Below, in pieces: positions 39,823-51,040 of a stretch of 64,000 bases of DNA. Below the pieces are notes generated by a model. The model ran no database searches. It saw only the letters and a program-made list of their open reading frames with translations, and had not been told where the DNA came from. The stretch comes from a virus (lineage: Duplodnaviria > Caudoviricetes). The position numbers were made by a program, and so were the translations under genes. Position 1 is the first letter of the stretch. Each line of letters opens with the position of its first letter. The stretch covers positions 9,082 through 73,081 of the IMG/VR virus record IMGVR_UViG_3300005611_000013. One strand, written 5' to 3'.

Positions 39823-40487
39823 TGAATATCAAAGACATAGTGGGCAAAAAAATAGCTGTAGGTTTTTTTGGCATTTCCTACAGAGAGAACTATAATCATT
39901 GGATGGGGTGGTCAACAAATATTGATTGGAATAAAACAAATTACAAGGATTCTCTTTTAAGATTACTGAAAGAGTCTGACAATGAGGTGCATCATTTTTT
40001 TTCTACATATCACAGCGAAAAAGAAAATGAATTATTGTCTGAACTAAAACCCAGAGATTACAAGTTTACAGATTTTGTCTGCAACAAGAATAATAAAGGC
40101 TGGATTATTGATAGACACAATAGATTTAAAGAAACTATAAATCTCTTTACAGAGGATTATGACTACTATATAATGACTAGGTTTGATTTATCGTTTAATT
40201 ACGAAAAATTACTTGAGTGCGAAATAAAAGATTCGGGTGTTAATGTAACAAGCAAGCATGGTATAGGCGAAGACACTGAATTAATATGTGATTACTTCTA
40301 CGTGTTTAATGGTTGTGTGCTGAAAGATTTTCAACATTTCATAAACAATCTACCGAAGCTAGAAGACACAACGGATATTGGATATTACCACAAATTACAT
40401 AGGTATGAAAATTCGCCAAAATTTAACTATATGATTGATGGGTCTTACTATTCTCATAATTGTCCCGTTTGGAAAATAATGAGATAA
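39822..40487 (+). CDS. Hypothetical protein, glycosyltransferase-like
   Basis: KIAVGFFGIS...DYDYYIMTRFDL motif; adjacent to gmd. Confidence 0.4.
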   Translation: MNIKDIVGKKIAVGFFGISYRENYNHWMGWSTNIDWNKTNYKDSLLRLLKESDNEVHHFFSTYHSEKENELLSELKPRDYKFTDFVCNKNNKGWIIDRHNRFKETINLFTEDYDYYIMTRFDLSFNYEKLLECEIKDSGVNVTSKHGIGEDTELICDYFYVFNGCVLKDFQHFINNLPKLEDTTDIGYYHKLHRYENSPKFNYMIDGSYYSHNCPVWKIMR

Positions 40488-40499
40488 GGAAAGGAAGAA

Positions 40500-41564
40500 A
40501 TGAAAAAAGCTATTATAACAGGAATTACTGGTCAAGATGGAAGCCATTTAGCAGATTTATTGCTTGAAAAGGGATATAAAGTTCTGGGAGTTTCTAGGAG
40601 AACTAGTAGCGACAACTCACAGAGAATCAAACATATATTAATGAATCCTAATTTCAAATTGGTTGAGGGGGATGTTACCGACATGTCTAGTCTTTTTTGC
40701 ATTCTTAAAGATAACGCCGATGTAGATGAAATCTATAATTTGGCGGCACAGTCACATGTCGGCACATCATTTAAACAACCTGGATTGACATGGGACATAA
40801 CAGGAAAGGGATGTATTAACCTGCTGCAAACTATTGTAGATTTAGAAATGTATAAGGTAAGATTCTATCAAGCTTCTTCAAGCGAGATGTTCGGCGCATC
40901 GTACAGCACCAAGATAGATGGAAGAAAATATCAAGATGAAAATACTAAATTTCTACCACAGTCACCATACGCGATAGCAAAATGCGCCGCACATTACGCT
41001 GTTAGAATGTATAGAGAGGCTTATGGATTACATGCAAGTACGGGTATACTTTTTAACCACGAGGGTCCAAGGCGTGGGGATAATTTTGTAACCAAGAAAA
41101 TAACTAAGTGGATAGGAAAGTTTATTAGATTTTTAAACCGTAATAATATAACAGACAGCCACTTATCAAAAACATGCAAAGACGGAGAATTACTTTTTGC
41201 TTCAGGTATTCAAGAAAGTTTCCCTAAACTAAGATTAGGCAACCTAGAAGCACATAGAGATTGGGGATATGCTGGAGACTATGTAGAAGCTATGTGGCTA
41301 ATGCTACAGCAAGAAATTGGTGATGATTATGTTATATGTACTGGTAATACGCACACTATAAAGGATTTCTTGGATATCTCTTTTGGCTATGTGGGTATTG
41401 ATGATTGGCGAGATCTAGTGTATATAGATCCAGAGTTCTATAGACCAGCAGAAGTTGATTATTTACTAGGTGACGCAACCAAGGCTAAAATAAAACTTGG
41501 ATGGCGACCCAAGCATAATTTACATAGTTTAGTTAAGATGATGATTGATTATGAGAAATTTTAA
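40500..41564 (+). CDS. gmd: GDP-mannose 4,6-dehydratase
   Basis: ITGITGQDGS, YNLAAQSHV, FYQASSSEMFG, SPYAIAK, LFNHEGPRRG, GNLEAHRDWG, YRPAEVDYLLGD. Confidence 0.96.
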   Translation: MKKAIITGITGQDGSHLADLLLEKGYKVLGVSRRTSSDNSQRIKHILMNPNFKLVEGDVTDMSSLFCILKDNADVDEIYNLAAQSHVGTSFKQPGLTWDITGKGCINLLQTIVDLEMYKVRFYQASSSEMFGASYSTKIDGRKYQDENTKFLPQSPYAIAKCAAHYAVRMYREAYGLHASTGILFNHEGPRRGDNFVTKKITKWIGKFIRFLNRNNITDSHLSKTCKDGELLFASGIQESFPKLRLGNLEAHRDWGYAGDYVEAMWLMLQQEIGDDYVICTGNTHTIKDFLDISFGYVGIDDWRDLVYIDPEFYRPAEVDYLLGDATKAKIKLGWRPKHNLHSLVKMMIDYEKF

Positions 41565-41799
41565 AGTAACGCTAGATCTTTCGGATTGCTTTAAAAGGGT
41601 TTCAGAATATGATTTAAGAGAATTTGATTCGCCATTCTTAATTATTTTTATACAGGCTAGTGATCCAGACGAAGTATGTCATGAACTAGTTGAAAGAATA
41701 GTTAATCAGATATTAAAGAAGGATACGTCAATAGATGCTAGGATTTTATGTAGGGAAGTTCGTAAATTAGTAAGGTTTGATAAAATACAGGCATTATGA
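41545..41799 (+). CDS. Hypothetical protein
   Basis: Coupled ORF in the late operon. Confidence 0.55.
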   Translation: MIMRNFKVTLDLSDCFKRVSEYDLREFDSPFLIIFIQASDPDEVCHELVERIVNQILKKDTSIDARILCREVRKLVRFDKIQAL

Positions 41800-42050
41800 A
41801 AAGAAATTATAACGATCCCGCATATGAGCAATTTCGTAAAGATGTCTTAAAAAGAGACGGAAGAAAGTGCATGATGCCAAATTGCAACTGTAGAACATCC
41901 TTACAGGTTCATCACATTAAAAAGTGGGCTAGTGCTAGTTCTTTACGCTACCACCCATCAAACGGAATAACATTATGTAAGAAGTGTCATAATTCCATTC
42001 GTGGAAAAGAACATCATTACGAATCTCTTTTTATAAACTTAATCAAATGA
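41796..42050 (+). CDS. Small HNH endonuclease (possibly packaging-associated)
   Basis: VLKRDGRKCMMPNC...QVHHIK...NGITLCKKCH. Confidence 0.85.
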   Translation: MKRNYNDPAYEQFRKDVLKRDGRKCMMPNCNCRTSLQVHHIKKWASASSLRYHPSNGITLCKKCHNSIRGKEHHYESLFINLIK

Positions 42051-42547
42051 AATATAAACAAGCTCCTCCATTCACAGTAATAAAAGACACCAGGGAACAA
42101 GATGGTTATCATTTCAGCGAATTCAATACGTGTGCTGGTATGGTTGACCAAAAACTTGACACTGGTGATTATTCAATATTGGGATTAGAAGATAAAATCT
42201 GCATAGAAAGAAAAGGCTGTGTTGAAGAATTAGCTATAAATCTTGGACAGAAGAAATATCAGTTTCTTGCGGAAATAGAAAGAATGGAGCCATTCCCTCA
42301 CAAGTTTTTAATTCTAGAATTCTCAGCGGAGGACTTAATAAAATTCCCAAAAGAAAGTAGGATACCCATCAAGAACAAAGCGTCTGTCAAAATAACAGGT
42401 AGGTATATGTTAAAGTGCTTAGTTGAATTTCAGCTATACAACAATGTTCAAGTACTTTTTTGTGGAGACAAGCACAACGCTTTTCTTGTTCTAAGTAGTA
42501 TCTTTAAAAGGATAAACGAAATGTACACCATAGGGAGAAAAAAATAA
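42047..42547 (+). CDS. ERCC4-domain nuclease
   Basis: DTREQ...GDYSI...IERK...EIERM. Confidence 0.8.
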   Translation: MKYKQAPPFTVIKDTREQDGYHFSEFNTCAGMVDQKLDTGDYSILGLEDKICIERKGCVEELAINLGQKKYQFLAEIERMEPFPHKFLILEFSAEDLIKFPKESRIPIKNKASVKITGRYMLKCLVEFQLYNNVQVLFCGDKHNAFLVLSSIFKRINEMYTIGRKK

Positions 42548-43158
42548 TGTCAGATTTGCTAGACAATTTTCATTTACACGGTGCTAGTTTATTGACAAGG
42601 GAAATTTTTCTTCATAATCATCACTCATACGATGAAAATCCGGGTGTTGAGTATAAGATGTCTACGATGTTCATTAAGAACCTCAGAGCATTAGACCAAG
42701 ATTCTAGTAAAGAAATAACCGTACACATGCAAAGCATTGGCGGCGAGTGGGGAGACGGAATGGCAATTTATGATGCTATCAAAATGTGTAGGTCTAAAAT
42801 TACAATTATTTCTTATGGTCAAGCAGAATCAATGAGTAGTATAATACTACAAGCCGCCCATAAAAGACTATTGACAAGAAACTCATATGTAATGGTTCAT
42901 TACGGAACTAGTGGTTATTCTAGTCAATACTTAAATGCTCAAAATTGGCACAACTACGAAAAATACCTTTGCGACATTATGATGGATATCTATGCATGTA
43001 AATGCGTTAGTGCTGAATTCTTCAAAAACAAAAATTATGATACTAGTAAAGTAAAAAAGTATTTGTACAGAAAATTAAAAGACGGCGATTGGTACATGAA
43101 CCCCAAACAAGCTATTTATCACGGCTTTGCAGATGGCATTATAGACAAATGGCAATAA
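42547..43158 (+). CDS. clpP: ClpP-like serine protease
   Basis: SIGGEWGDGMAIYDAIK...GQAESMSS (Ser)...MVHYG (His)...DWYMNPKQAIYHGFADGI. Confidence 0.85.
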   Translation: MSDLLDNFHLHGASLLTREIFLHNHHSYDENPGVEYKMSTMFIKNLRALDQDSSKEITVHMQSIGGEWGDGMAIYDAIKMCRSKITIISYGQAESMSSIILQAAHKRLLTRNSYVMVHYGTSGYSSQYLNAQNWHNYEKYLCDIMMDIYACKCVSAEFFKNKNYDTSKVKKYLYRKLKDGDWYMNPKQAIYHGFADGIIDKWQ

Positions 43159-45140
43159 AGAAATTTAAAAAAATTGAAGAAGCTTGGCTAGGACTAGATG
43201 AAATAGAGACTGATCTATTTAATCCAATGTCTTTAATAAGACCAAGCGATGATGATTTTCATTTAAGACTAGCATATCTTATGACTAGACCAGAATATCT
43301 ATCTTTTGCCGCTAGTCAGATACTGGGAATAAACTTACTTCCATCTCAAGCATTAATGCTTAATGAGATATGGAATCGTAAGTTTCCAATGCTTATTGCT
43401 AGTCGAGGATTTGGTAAGTCATTTATGCTATCCCTCTATGCGGTCCTCAGAGCCCTCATTTTGCCACGTAGAAAGATTGTGGTAGTAGGTGCTGCCTTTA
43501 GACAATCTAAGGTAATTTTTGAATACATGGAAGCTATATGGAGAAATTCACATCTATTAAGAGATATTTGTGATGGAGACAGTGGCCCTAGAACAACGCC
43601 AGACAGGTGCGTATTAAGATTAAACGAAAGTACTATTACATGCCTGCCACTTGGCGATGGACAAAAAATTAGAGGTCAAAGAGCTAATGACATTCTTGCG
43701 GACGAGTTTGCGTCTATACCTAGAGAAATTTTTGAAAACGTTGTTGCTGGTTTTGCCGCAGTTAGCGCAGACCCAGTTGAAAACGTAAAGCGTCTAGCCG
43801 CACAAAAGAAGGCTGAAGAACTTGGTATTAAAATTGAAAGTGAATCTGAAACACAAGAAGACAAGAAAGACAATCAAATTATTTTATCGGGAACTGCGTA
43901 TTATGACTTTAATCACTTCGCAACATATTGGAAGAAGTGGAAATCAATTATAAAGAGCAGGGGCGATAATCAAAAATTAAGAGAAGTATTCAATGGAGAC
44001 GAACCGCCAGATAATTTTGATTGGACTCAGTATTCAATTATAAGAATGCCATATGAGTTACTTCCAAAGGGCTTTATGGATTCAGACCAAGTGGCTAGAT
44101 CAAAAGCGACCGTTCATTCTGGTATTTACCAAATGGAATACGGTGCTTGCTTTACAAGAGATTCGCAGGGCTTCTTTAAGCGCACACTAATAGAGTCATG
44201 CGTTGTTTCTGATCACAATACCATAAAAGACAGTCAAGGTAATGAAATAAGATTTGAGGCTTCGTTGATTGGGAATTCAGAGAAAAAGTACATATTCGGA
44301 GTTGACCCAGCTTCTGAAGTGGATAACTTTAGCATAATTGTATTAGAAGTTCATCCAGACCATAGGAGAATTGTTCATTGTTGGACTACAAATAGATCTC
44401 AACATAAAGAGCTTGTTAAAAAGGGCTATTCTTCAGAAACGGATTTTTATTCATATTGTGCCAGAAAAATTAGAGATCTCATGAAGCTTTATCCATGTGT
44501 TCATATTGCTATTGATGCTCAGGGTGGTGGGGTTGCCGTAACTGAATCTCTGCATGATAATGACAAAATTAAAAACGGCGAACTTCCAATATGGCCCGTT
44601 ATAGACGACAACAAACCAAAAGACACAGATGGAGAAAGAGGTTTACACATAGTAGAAATGTGCCAATTCGCAAAGTATGATTGGCTTGCTGAAGCTAATC
44701 ATGGTATGAGAAAAGATTTTGAGGACAAAGTTTTGATTTTTCCATATTTTGATTCAATTACAATTGGACTATCTAACTCTGATGATTCAATAAAAAGCAG
44801 AATGTTTGACACGCTAGAAGACTGTGTTATGGAAATAGAAGAACTTAAAGATGAATTGTCTATGATTCAGATGACTCAAACTACAAACGGTAGAGATAGG
44901 TGGGATACACCAGAAGTGGTAGTTGGAACAGGTAGAAAAAGTAAAATGCGTAAAGACCGTTATTCAGCACTACTAATGGCAAATATGGCCGCTAGGATAA
45001 TACAAAGAACCCCAGAGCAAGCTGAATATAAATTTTACGGTGGATTTGCTAGCGGTGGTGAGTTTAGAAGTAAAGATGAAAATCCAAATTATTATTCTGG
45101 ACCAAGCTGGTTCACGGAACAAATGAAAGATGTGTATTAA
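43149..45140 (+). CDS. terL: Terminase large subunit
   Basis: Walker A ASRGFGKS, Walker B ILADEFA, nuclease IFGVDPAS and KDRYSAL. Confidence 0.9.
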   Translation: MAIKKFKKIEEAWLGLDEIETDLFNPMSLIRPSDDDFHLRLAYLMTRPEYLSFAASQILGINLLPSQALMLNEIWNRKFPMLIASRGFGKSFMLSLYAVLRALILPRRKIVVVGAAFRQSKVIFEYMEAIWRNSHLLRDICDGDSGPRTTPDRCVLRLNESTITCLPLGDGQKIRGQRANDILADEFASIPREIFENVVAGFAAVSADPVENVKRLAAQKKAEELGIKIESESETQEDKKDNQIILSGTAYYDFNHFATYWKKWKSIIKSRGDNQKLREVFNGDEPPDNFDWTQYSIIRMPYELLPKGFMDSDQVARSKATVHSGIYQMEYGACFTRDSQGFFKRTLIESCVVSDHNTIKDSQGNEIRFEASLIGNSEKKYIFGVDPASEVDNFSIIVLEVHPDHRRIVHCWTTNRSQHKELVKKGYSSETDFYSYCARKIRDLMKLYPCVHIAIDAQGGGVAVTESLHDNDKIKNGELPIWPVIDDNKPKDTDGERGLHIVEMCQFAKYDWLAEANHGMRKDFEDKVLIFPYFDSITIGLSNSDDSIKSRMFDTLEDCVMEIEELKDELSMIQMTQTTNGRDRWDTPEVVVGTGRKSKMRKDRYSALLMANMAARIIQRTPEQAEYKFYGGFASGGEFRSKDENPNYYSGPSWFTEQMKDVY

Positions 45141-45182
45141 TAATTAGTTAATCAGAATACAATTCAATTGAGAGAAAGTAAC

Positions 45183-47192
45183 ATGAACGACAAAGAAATG
45201 ATAACTTGGAACGATAATGACTCCACCAGTAAAACAAATGCGTTTTCTGCATTTTCTGAAAATGTTGATTCTTATGCAGGGGTTTCCAAGACTCAGGGGA
45301 ATACATATCGTCACTTTATTGACATTGAGCCAAATCGTTCAGTTCGTCCAGGTTTTAATAAAAACGATTATTATGCGTTCAGGCCAAACGAAGCCGTCCC
45401 AAACCAACAACGACGTATAATCAAAATGTGTATGGATGCATACGATAAAGTTGGAATTATTAGGAATATTATTGATTTAATGGGAGACTTTGGTAGTCAG
45501 GGAATTCAGATTGTTCATCAAAACAAGAGCGTTGAAAGATTTTACCAACAGTGGTTTAAGAGTATTAATGGTAAAGAAAGATCTGAAAGATTTCTCAATA
45601 ATCTTTATAAGTGCGGAAATGTTATAGTTTATCGCAGTTACGCTAATGTTACTCCACAGTTAAGTCAATACATGAAGGCTTTGTCAAATGATATAAAGGT
45701 TGAAGTGCCAAACCTGACACAAAATCAAATTCCCTGGAGATATAATTTTTTTAACCCTTTAACGGTAAAGATGAAGGATGGAAACCTTTCACTGTTTATG
45801 GGTTTACAGAACTACACAATTACTACGAATTCATTTTTTGACAAGTTTACAAGCGGTGATATTCCTAGTCACGTTATAGAAACTCTTCCGCCCGCTGTAA
45901 AGAGGGCGTTAAAGAATGGACAAAAGGACATCCCACTTGAGCCAGAAAGGTTGGGTGTTTTCTACTACAAGAAAGATGATTGGCGACAATGGGCCAATCC
46001 CATGATTTATGCTATTCTAGACGACATTGTAATGCTTGAAAAAATGAGACTTGCAGACATGTCAGCTTTAGACGGTGCTATTTCAAATATTAGATTGTGG
46101 ACACTTGGTGATCTAGAACACAAGATTCTGCCAAATAAGGCCGCTATCAATAAACTTCGTGATATTCTTGCTAGCAATGTCGGTGGAGGAACGATGGAAC
46201 TTGTTTGGGGTCCAGAATTATCATTCAAAGAATCAAGTAGTGAAGTTTACAAGTTCTTAGGTTCTGAAAAGTATACATCAGTCCTTAATAGTATTTACGC
46301 TGGACTTGGTGTTCCACCCACTCTTACTGGTATGGCTACAAATGGCGGCGGTTTTACTAATAACTTTATATCGCTAAAAACTCTCGTTGAAAGATTGCAA
46401 TACGGTCGTGATCAACTTATTCGTTTCTGGGAAAAGGAAATTGAAATAGTAAGAAGGTCTATGGGTTTTAGATACAAGGCTCATATTCACTTTGATCAAA
46501 TGACTCTATCAGATGAAGCCGCCGAAAAGAATCTTCTTATCCAACTCGCTGACCGAGATATTATCAGTCACGAAACTCTTATTGAAAGATTTAAAGAAAT
46601 ACCACAGATTGAAAAAATTAGACTTAAAAGAGAAGTTAAAGATAGGGATAACGACGCTTATCCAGATAAGGCTGGACCATTCCACAATGCCAATCATAAG
46701 AAGGATATTGAAAAAATACAAAAACAGGGTGATATTAATATGAAGCTTAGGGACAAGCAGCAAAAACAACAAAACGATAATGGTCGCCCACCACTTAAAC
46801 AGGATGAAGGCCCAAGAAAACAGAGAGTTGAACAGCCAAGGTCAAAACCTGGAGTTGCTGAATTATTTTCATGGGCTAACAAATCGTGGTCAGAAGTTTC
46901 GCACATTGTTAATAAAGCATTCGTGCAATCTACTGGCAAAAATAACCTAAGACAATTAACTAAGTCCGAATTCAAAGATCTGGAAACGCTAAAATTAGAT
47001 GTATTTACTAACTTAGTAGTAATGGAAGAAGTTTCTAAAGACAAAGTTATCGCAATCTTAAAAGAGAATAAGAAAACCCCTAAAACCTTTTCCGACTACA
47101 TTAAAGATTCTAATGTAAATCTTGATAATTCAAGCATTGATGATTATCACAGAATGATTATCGGTCGTTATATAGAGCAAAAAATGTCTTAA
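45183..47192 (+). CDS. Portal protein
   Basis: Position after terL, ~670 aa, helical; assigned by synteny. Confidence 0.75.
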   Translation: MNDKEMITWNDNDSTSKTNAFSAFSENVDSYAGVSKTQGNTYRHFIDIEPNRSVRPGFNKNDYYAFRPNEAVPNQQRRIIKMCMDAYDKVGIIRNIIDLMGDFGSQGIQIVHQNKSVERFYQQWFKSINGKERSERFLNNLYKCGNVIVYRSYANVTPQLSQYMKALSNDIKVEVPNLTQNQIPWRYNFFNPLTVKMKDGNLSLFMGLQNYTITTNSFFDKFTSGDIPSHVIETLPPAVKRALKNGQKDIPLEPERLGVFYYKKDDWRQWANPMIYAILDDIVMLEKMRLADMSALDGAISNIRLWTLGDLEHKILPNKAAINKLRDILASNVGGGTMELVWGPELSFKESSSEVYKFLGSEKYTSVLNSIYAGLGVPPTLTGMATNGGGFTNNFISLKTLVERLQYGRDQLIRFWEKEIEIVRRSMGFRYKAHIHFDQMTLSDEAAEKNLLIQLADRDIISHETLIERFKEIPQIEKIRLKREVKDRDNDAYPDKAGPFHNANHKKDIEKIQKQGDINMKLRDKQQKQQNDNGRPPLKQDEGPRKQRVEQPRSKPGVAELFSWANKSWSEVSHIVNKAFVQSTGKNNLRQLTKSEFKDLETLKLDVFTNLVVMEEVSKDKVIAILKENKKTPKTFSDYIKDSNVNLDNSSIDDYHRMIIGRYIEQKMS

Positions 47193-47240
47193 TAACAATT
47201 GCGGATTTTTTTTGTGTATAATGTCTTTGAAAGGGAAAAT

Positions 47241-48716
47241 ATGAAAGTTTTTAACAATGAAATAACAGACGGCGTTTCCGATCTTGTGCAGGCACAGTGT
47301 GCCGTTGCCTACTGCGCCCCTATCATTATTTCAAAACAACACCCTACAAATTCAGCTTTAGAAAATTTGTTAAATAAAATTAAGGCTGAAAATGCTAACC
47401 CAAAGCAAATTGATTTATATTACCTTAAATCTGTTTTGGTTTCAACTGGTTGGAATAAAAATGATGACGTATTTTCACCAGAACAAACCTGGGCTGCTAG
47501 ATCAACCCCAGAAGATAAACAATTTAACTTCATGCATAATGAAAATGATATTATTGGGCATATCACTGGATCTTATGTTGTAGACAGAGATGGAAATCGT
47601 TTACTAGATTATTCAGAAATGCCCAAAGATTTTGATATCATTACAGAAGCCGTGCTATACAATAGTTGGACAAACCCTGAAAATCGCCAACGCATGAATA
47701 CAATCATTGCTGAAATTGAAGAAGGTAAATGGTTCGTTTCTATGGAATGTCTATTTTCTGGATTTGATTATTCAGTTTTGGATAGTAATGGGCAAGCCAA
47801 GGTGGTGGCTAGAACAGAAGAATCTTCTTTTTTAACTAAGCACTTGCGGGCTTATGGTGGTACAGGAGAGTACGAAGGCTATAAAATTGGTAGATCATTA
47901 AGGGACATCTCTTTTTCTGGGAAGGGTTTAGTTTCTAAGCCAGCTAATCCCAGAAGTGTTATCCTTGATGCTAGCAAAGCTTTCTCAACAAACGATTCTC
48001 AAGTTAATGAAAATGTTTCACAAGGAGATATTAATATGTCTGATAACAATGTTTTAGAGAAGCAGCTTGCTGACGTTCGCGACGAGCTAGCATCTGCTAA
48101 AGAAGAAAACAAGGCCATTCGCGCCCAGATTGAAGCTGCTAAAGATAAAGAGTATGCTGATACAATTACCGATCTTAAAGGTATTGTGGCAGCTAAGTCT
48201 GAAGAACTTTCAGATCTTCAAAGCAAGCTTGAGGCAGTGGAAAGCACTGTTAAGAGTCTTGAAGAATCAATCGCTGCAAAGGATGCAGAGATGACAAAAA
48301 AAGAAGAAGAAATGAAAAAAATGAAGAAGATGCAGCGAGACAATATGCGTAAGGCTAGTCTTGTAGAAGCTGGTTTTGAGCCAGTTGAAGCAGAAGAATC
48401 ACTAGCACTTTATGACGCTGTTGAGGATGAAGCTTTTGCTTCCATCGTAGCCATGTATAAAAAGAAGATGGCTAAAGAGCACAAGGATGAAAAAAAGATG
48501 GAAGAAAAGGGAAAGATGGACAAAAAGTATGCAGAAGAAGATGCTACTGATTCAGTTGAAGATTCACAGGCTGAAGAAGAAGTGTCAGAAGAACTTTTTG
48601 ATGGCGTTAAGTCAACCGAAGCAACTCTAGTAGATGCCTCTGATGACACAGATGAGCTAGAAGTTACAAGAGCTAGCGTAGCCCAGTGGCTAGAAAACAA
48701 CGTACTTAGTAAGTGA
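47241..48716 (+). CDS. Prohead protease / scaffold protein
   Basis: N-terminal WNKNDD...FMHNE...SMEC...FSGKGLVSKPAN domain plus an acidic coiled-coil C-terminus. Confidence 0.72.
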   Translation: MKVFNNEITDGVSDLVQAQCAVAYCAPIIISKQHPTNSALENLLNKIKAENANPKQIDLYYLKSVLVSTGWNKNDDVFSPEQTWAARSTPEDKQFNFMHNENDIIGHITGSYVVDRDGNRLLDYSEMPKDFDIITEAVLYNSWTNPENRQRMNTIIAEIEEGKWFVSMECLFSGFDYSVLDSNGQAKVVARTEESSFLTKHLRAYGGTGEYEGYKIGRSLRDISFSGKGLVSKPANPRSVILDASKAFSTNDSQVNENVSQGDINMSDNNVLEKQLADVRDELASAKEENKAIRAQIEAAKDKEYADTITDLKGIVAAKSEELSDLQSKLEAVESTVKSLEESIAAKDAEMTKKEEEMKKMKKMQRDNMRKASLVEAGFEPVEAEESLALYDAVEDEAFASIVAMYKKKMAKEHKDEKKMEEKGKMDKKYAEEDATDSVEDSQAEEEVSEELFDGVKSTEATLVDASDDTDELEVTRASVAQWLENNVLSK

Positions 48717-48734
48717 TAAAAAGGAGATATAATT

Positions 48735-49202
48735 ATGGCTCTAAAATCAGATAGATTTGAATTTCAGACTGACATCAGCTTCTTTTACAACGAAGGCACT
48801 GCTACTCGCGGTGGTGTAGTTGTTCATGATACCGCTGGTTCAGGTGCAGCTATGGATCAGGGTGTTAACCTTGTTAAGTATGCTGCTGCAACATCAGCAA
48901 CTGTACCAGTTGGTGTTCTTCTTAATGATGTTGTAAACAAAGATCTTACCCGTACACATCTTAACCAGCATAAGGATGAGGTGCAGAAGGGTGGCAAGGT
49001 TACAGTTCTCCGTAAGGGGTATGTTGTAACAAACAACATTACTGGCACACCAAGTGCTGGTGATGTAGCTTATGCTTGTCATGTAAACGCTGGCAATTTC
49101 CGTGGTGATTCACCAGGAAGCTCTGGCGTTTTAGCCGTAGGCCGATTCCTAACATCAAAAGATGAAGACGGCTATGCAAAAGTAGAAGTTAACCTCCCCT
49201 GA
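48735..49202 (+). CDS. Capsid decoration/cement protein
   Basis: Small beta-rich protein directly upstream of the MCP. Confidence 0.6.
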   Translation: MALKSDRFEFQTDISFFYNEGTATRGGVVVHDTAGSGAAMDQGVNLVKYAAATSATVPVGVLLNDVVNKDLTRTHLNQHKDEVQKGGKVTVLRKGYVVTNNITGTPSAGDVAYACHVNAGNFRGDSPGSSGVLAVGRFLTSKDEDGYAKVEVNLP

Positions 49203-49231
49203 ACGAAAGAATAATTAAAGGAGAATTAAAC

Positions 49232-50239
49232 ATGCCATTAAATACTAGACCTAGTGATGAATTTATCGCTCTTCTACGCAAGTCAGGGGATGCCGATATC
49301 AATGTAGCTCAGGCCGCACAGCGTGAGTTTGCAAAAGCTCTAGAACTACCTCTTCGTAAGGGCGTTCTAGTTGGCAACATTCTTGGTAACATTTTTGAAA
49401 CCATCAATGTTGAGCCCGGTGCAACAACTGAATATCCTCTTGATCTTATTTCCCCCGGCCTTGAAGGTGAGCATGTTGCTTACACAAATCCCGGTCACGG
49501 TAGAGTTCCAGAGCGTTCAGTTGAAGGCGATTATGTCATGATTCCAACTTATAGTGTTGCATCATCTGTAGACTATCTTCTTCGCTATGCCCGCGAAGCA
49601 AGATGGGATATCGTTGGTCGCGCTATGCAAGTCATGGAAGCTGGCTTTACAAAGAAGATGAATGATGACGGCTGGCACACACTTCTAGCTGCTGGCGTTG
49701 ATCGTAACATCCTCGTTTTTGACGGTGATGCTACTGCTGGCCTCTTTAGCAAGAGACTAGTTTCTCTCATGCAGACTGTAATGCGTCGTAATTCAGGTGG
49801 TAACAGTGCTTCAGTTGGCCGTGGTCGTCTAACAGACCTCTACGTTTCACCAGAAGCTCTTGAGGATATCCGCAATTGGGGTCTTGATCAAGTTGACGAA
49901 GTAACTCGTCGTGAGATCTATACCGCCCCAGAAAACGGTGCTCCAATCACCCGTATCTTTGGCGTAAGTCTTCATGACCTTGATGAACTAGGCGAAGGCC
50001 AGGAATACCAGGACTTCTTTACCAACGAGCTTTCAGGTAGCGTACAGACCGCTGATCTTGAGCTTGTAGTTGGTCTTGATCAGTCCACAAATGACAGTTT
50101 CGTAATGCCAGTTAAGGAGCAGCTTCAGGTCTTTGAAGACCCAACTCTCCACCGTCAGCAACGTGCTGGCTACTATGGCTTTGCAGAGCTAGGATTTGGT
50201 GTTCTAGATAACAGAAGAGTCATTCTTGGCTCATTCTAA
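49232..50239 (+). CDS. Major capsid protein
   Basis: 335 aa, strong SD, synteny, followed by a terminator. Confidence 0.8.
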   Translation: MPLNTRPSDEFIALLRKSGDADINVAQAAQREFAKALELPLRKGVLVGNILGNIFETINVEPGATTEYPLDLISPGLEGEHVAYTNPGHGRVPERSVEGDYVMIPTYSVASSVDYLLRYAREARWDIVGRAMQVMEAGFTKKMNDDGWHTLLAAGVDRNILVFDGDATAGLFSKRLVSLMQTVMRRNSGGNSASVGRGRLTDLYVSPEALEDIRNWGLDQVDEVTRREIYTAPENGAPITRIFGVSLHDLDELGEGQEYQDFFTNELSGSVQTADLELVVGLDQSTNDSFVMPVKEQLQVFEDPTLHRQQRAGYYGFAELGFGVLDNRRVILGSF

Positions 50240-50259
50240 TCTAGACGGTTAAACAGATT

Positions 50260-50294
50260 AAGCCGCTCTCATTTAGTTGGGGGCGGCTTTTTTT
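50260..50294 (+). terminator. Intrinsic terminator after MCP
   Basis: AAGCCGCTCTC-ATTTAGTT-GGGGGCGGCTT followed by a T run. Confidence 0.85.
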
Positions 50295-50344
50295 GTGTAT
50301 AATACAGTAGATGTATACATTCAGGACTCTATTAGGAGAAAAAC

Positions 50345-51028
50345 ATGGCCGCTTTATCAGATTATTTAGAGTCTGGTCTTCTTAGTCATTTATTTAGGAA
50401 TACGGCTTTTAGTAGACCAGCTAATATTGCAATAGCTTTAACTTCAGATGTTCCAAAAGATTCGGACACTGGAGAAACAATTCCAGAGATTCCTTCTGGA
50501 GTTTTACAGGGTGTTAATTTTGTTAGTACTAATTATTCAAGGGTTGAACTTGGCGATCCAGAAAATAGCGGCGATGCTACATGGCAATCCGTTGGTACTG
50601 ATGATTTAACCGTTTATCAAGTTTACAGCGAAGAAGTTGATCACAGTGGTTATTTTTATCCACTTTATCTCTTAGAGGCTTCTGGTGCAGCAGCTTCTCC
50701 TTCTGAGGTTGCAATAACTGTTACTTTTTCAAATACTTTTCCCGGTGTAAACTTTTATTCACCATTAGAAACTTACACTAGTGGATCTCAGACAACCGGT
50801 GGATACACAGAATATGAGGGAAATGGTTTCATTAAAAATAAAAACGAAATCGTTTTCAATACAGCTTTAACTGATTGGGGATGGGTTTCTGGAATTGCCA
50901 TTGTTGATAATTCAGAACATGGTAGTGGTAATCTTTTAATGTATGCTCAACTACAGAATCCAAGAAACGTATACATTGGTGATAGTATAAAATTTAACAG
51001 CAATTCACTAGAAATTAGCCTCAAATAA
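50345..51028 (+). CDS. Virion structural protein (tail/fibre-associated)
   Basis: MAALSDYLE...DWGWVSGIAIVD...GNLLMY...IGDSIKF motif. Confidence 0.6.
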   Translation: MAALSDYLESGLLSHLFRNTAFSRPANIAIALTSDVPKDSDTGETIPEIPSGVLQGVNFVSTNYSRVELGDPENSGDATWQSVGTDDLTVYQVYSEEVDHSGYFYPLYLLEASGAAASPSEVAITVTFSNTFPGVNFYSPLETYTSGSQTTGGYTEYEGNGFIKNKNEIVFNTALTDWGWVSGIAIVDNSEHGSGNLLMYAQLQNPRNVYIGDSIKFNSNSLEISLK

Positions 51029-51040
51029 GAAAGCTGATAA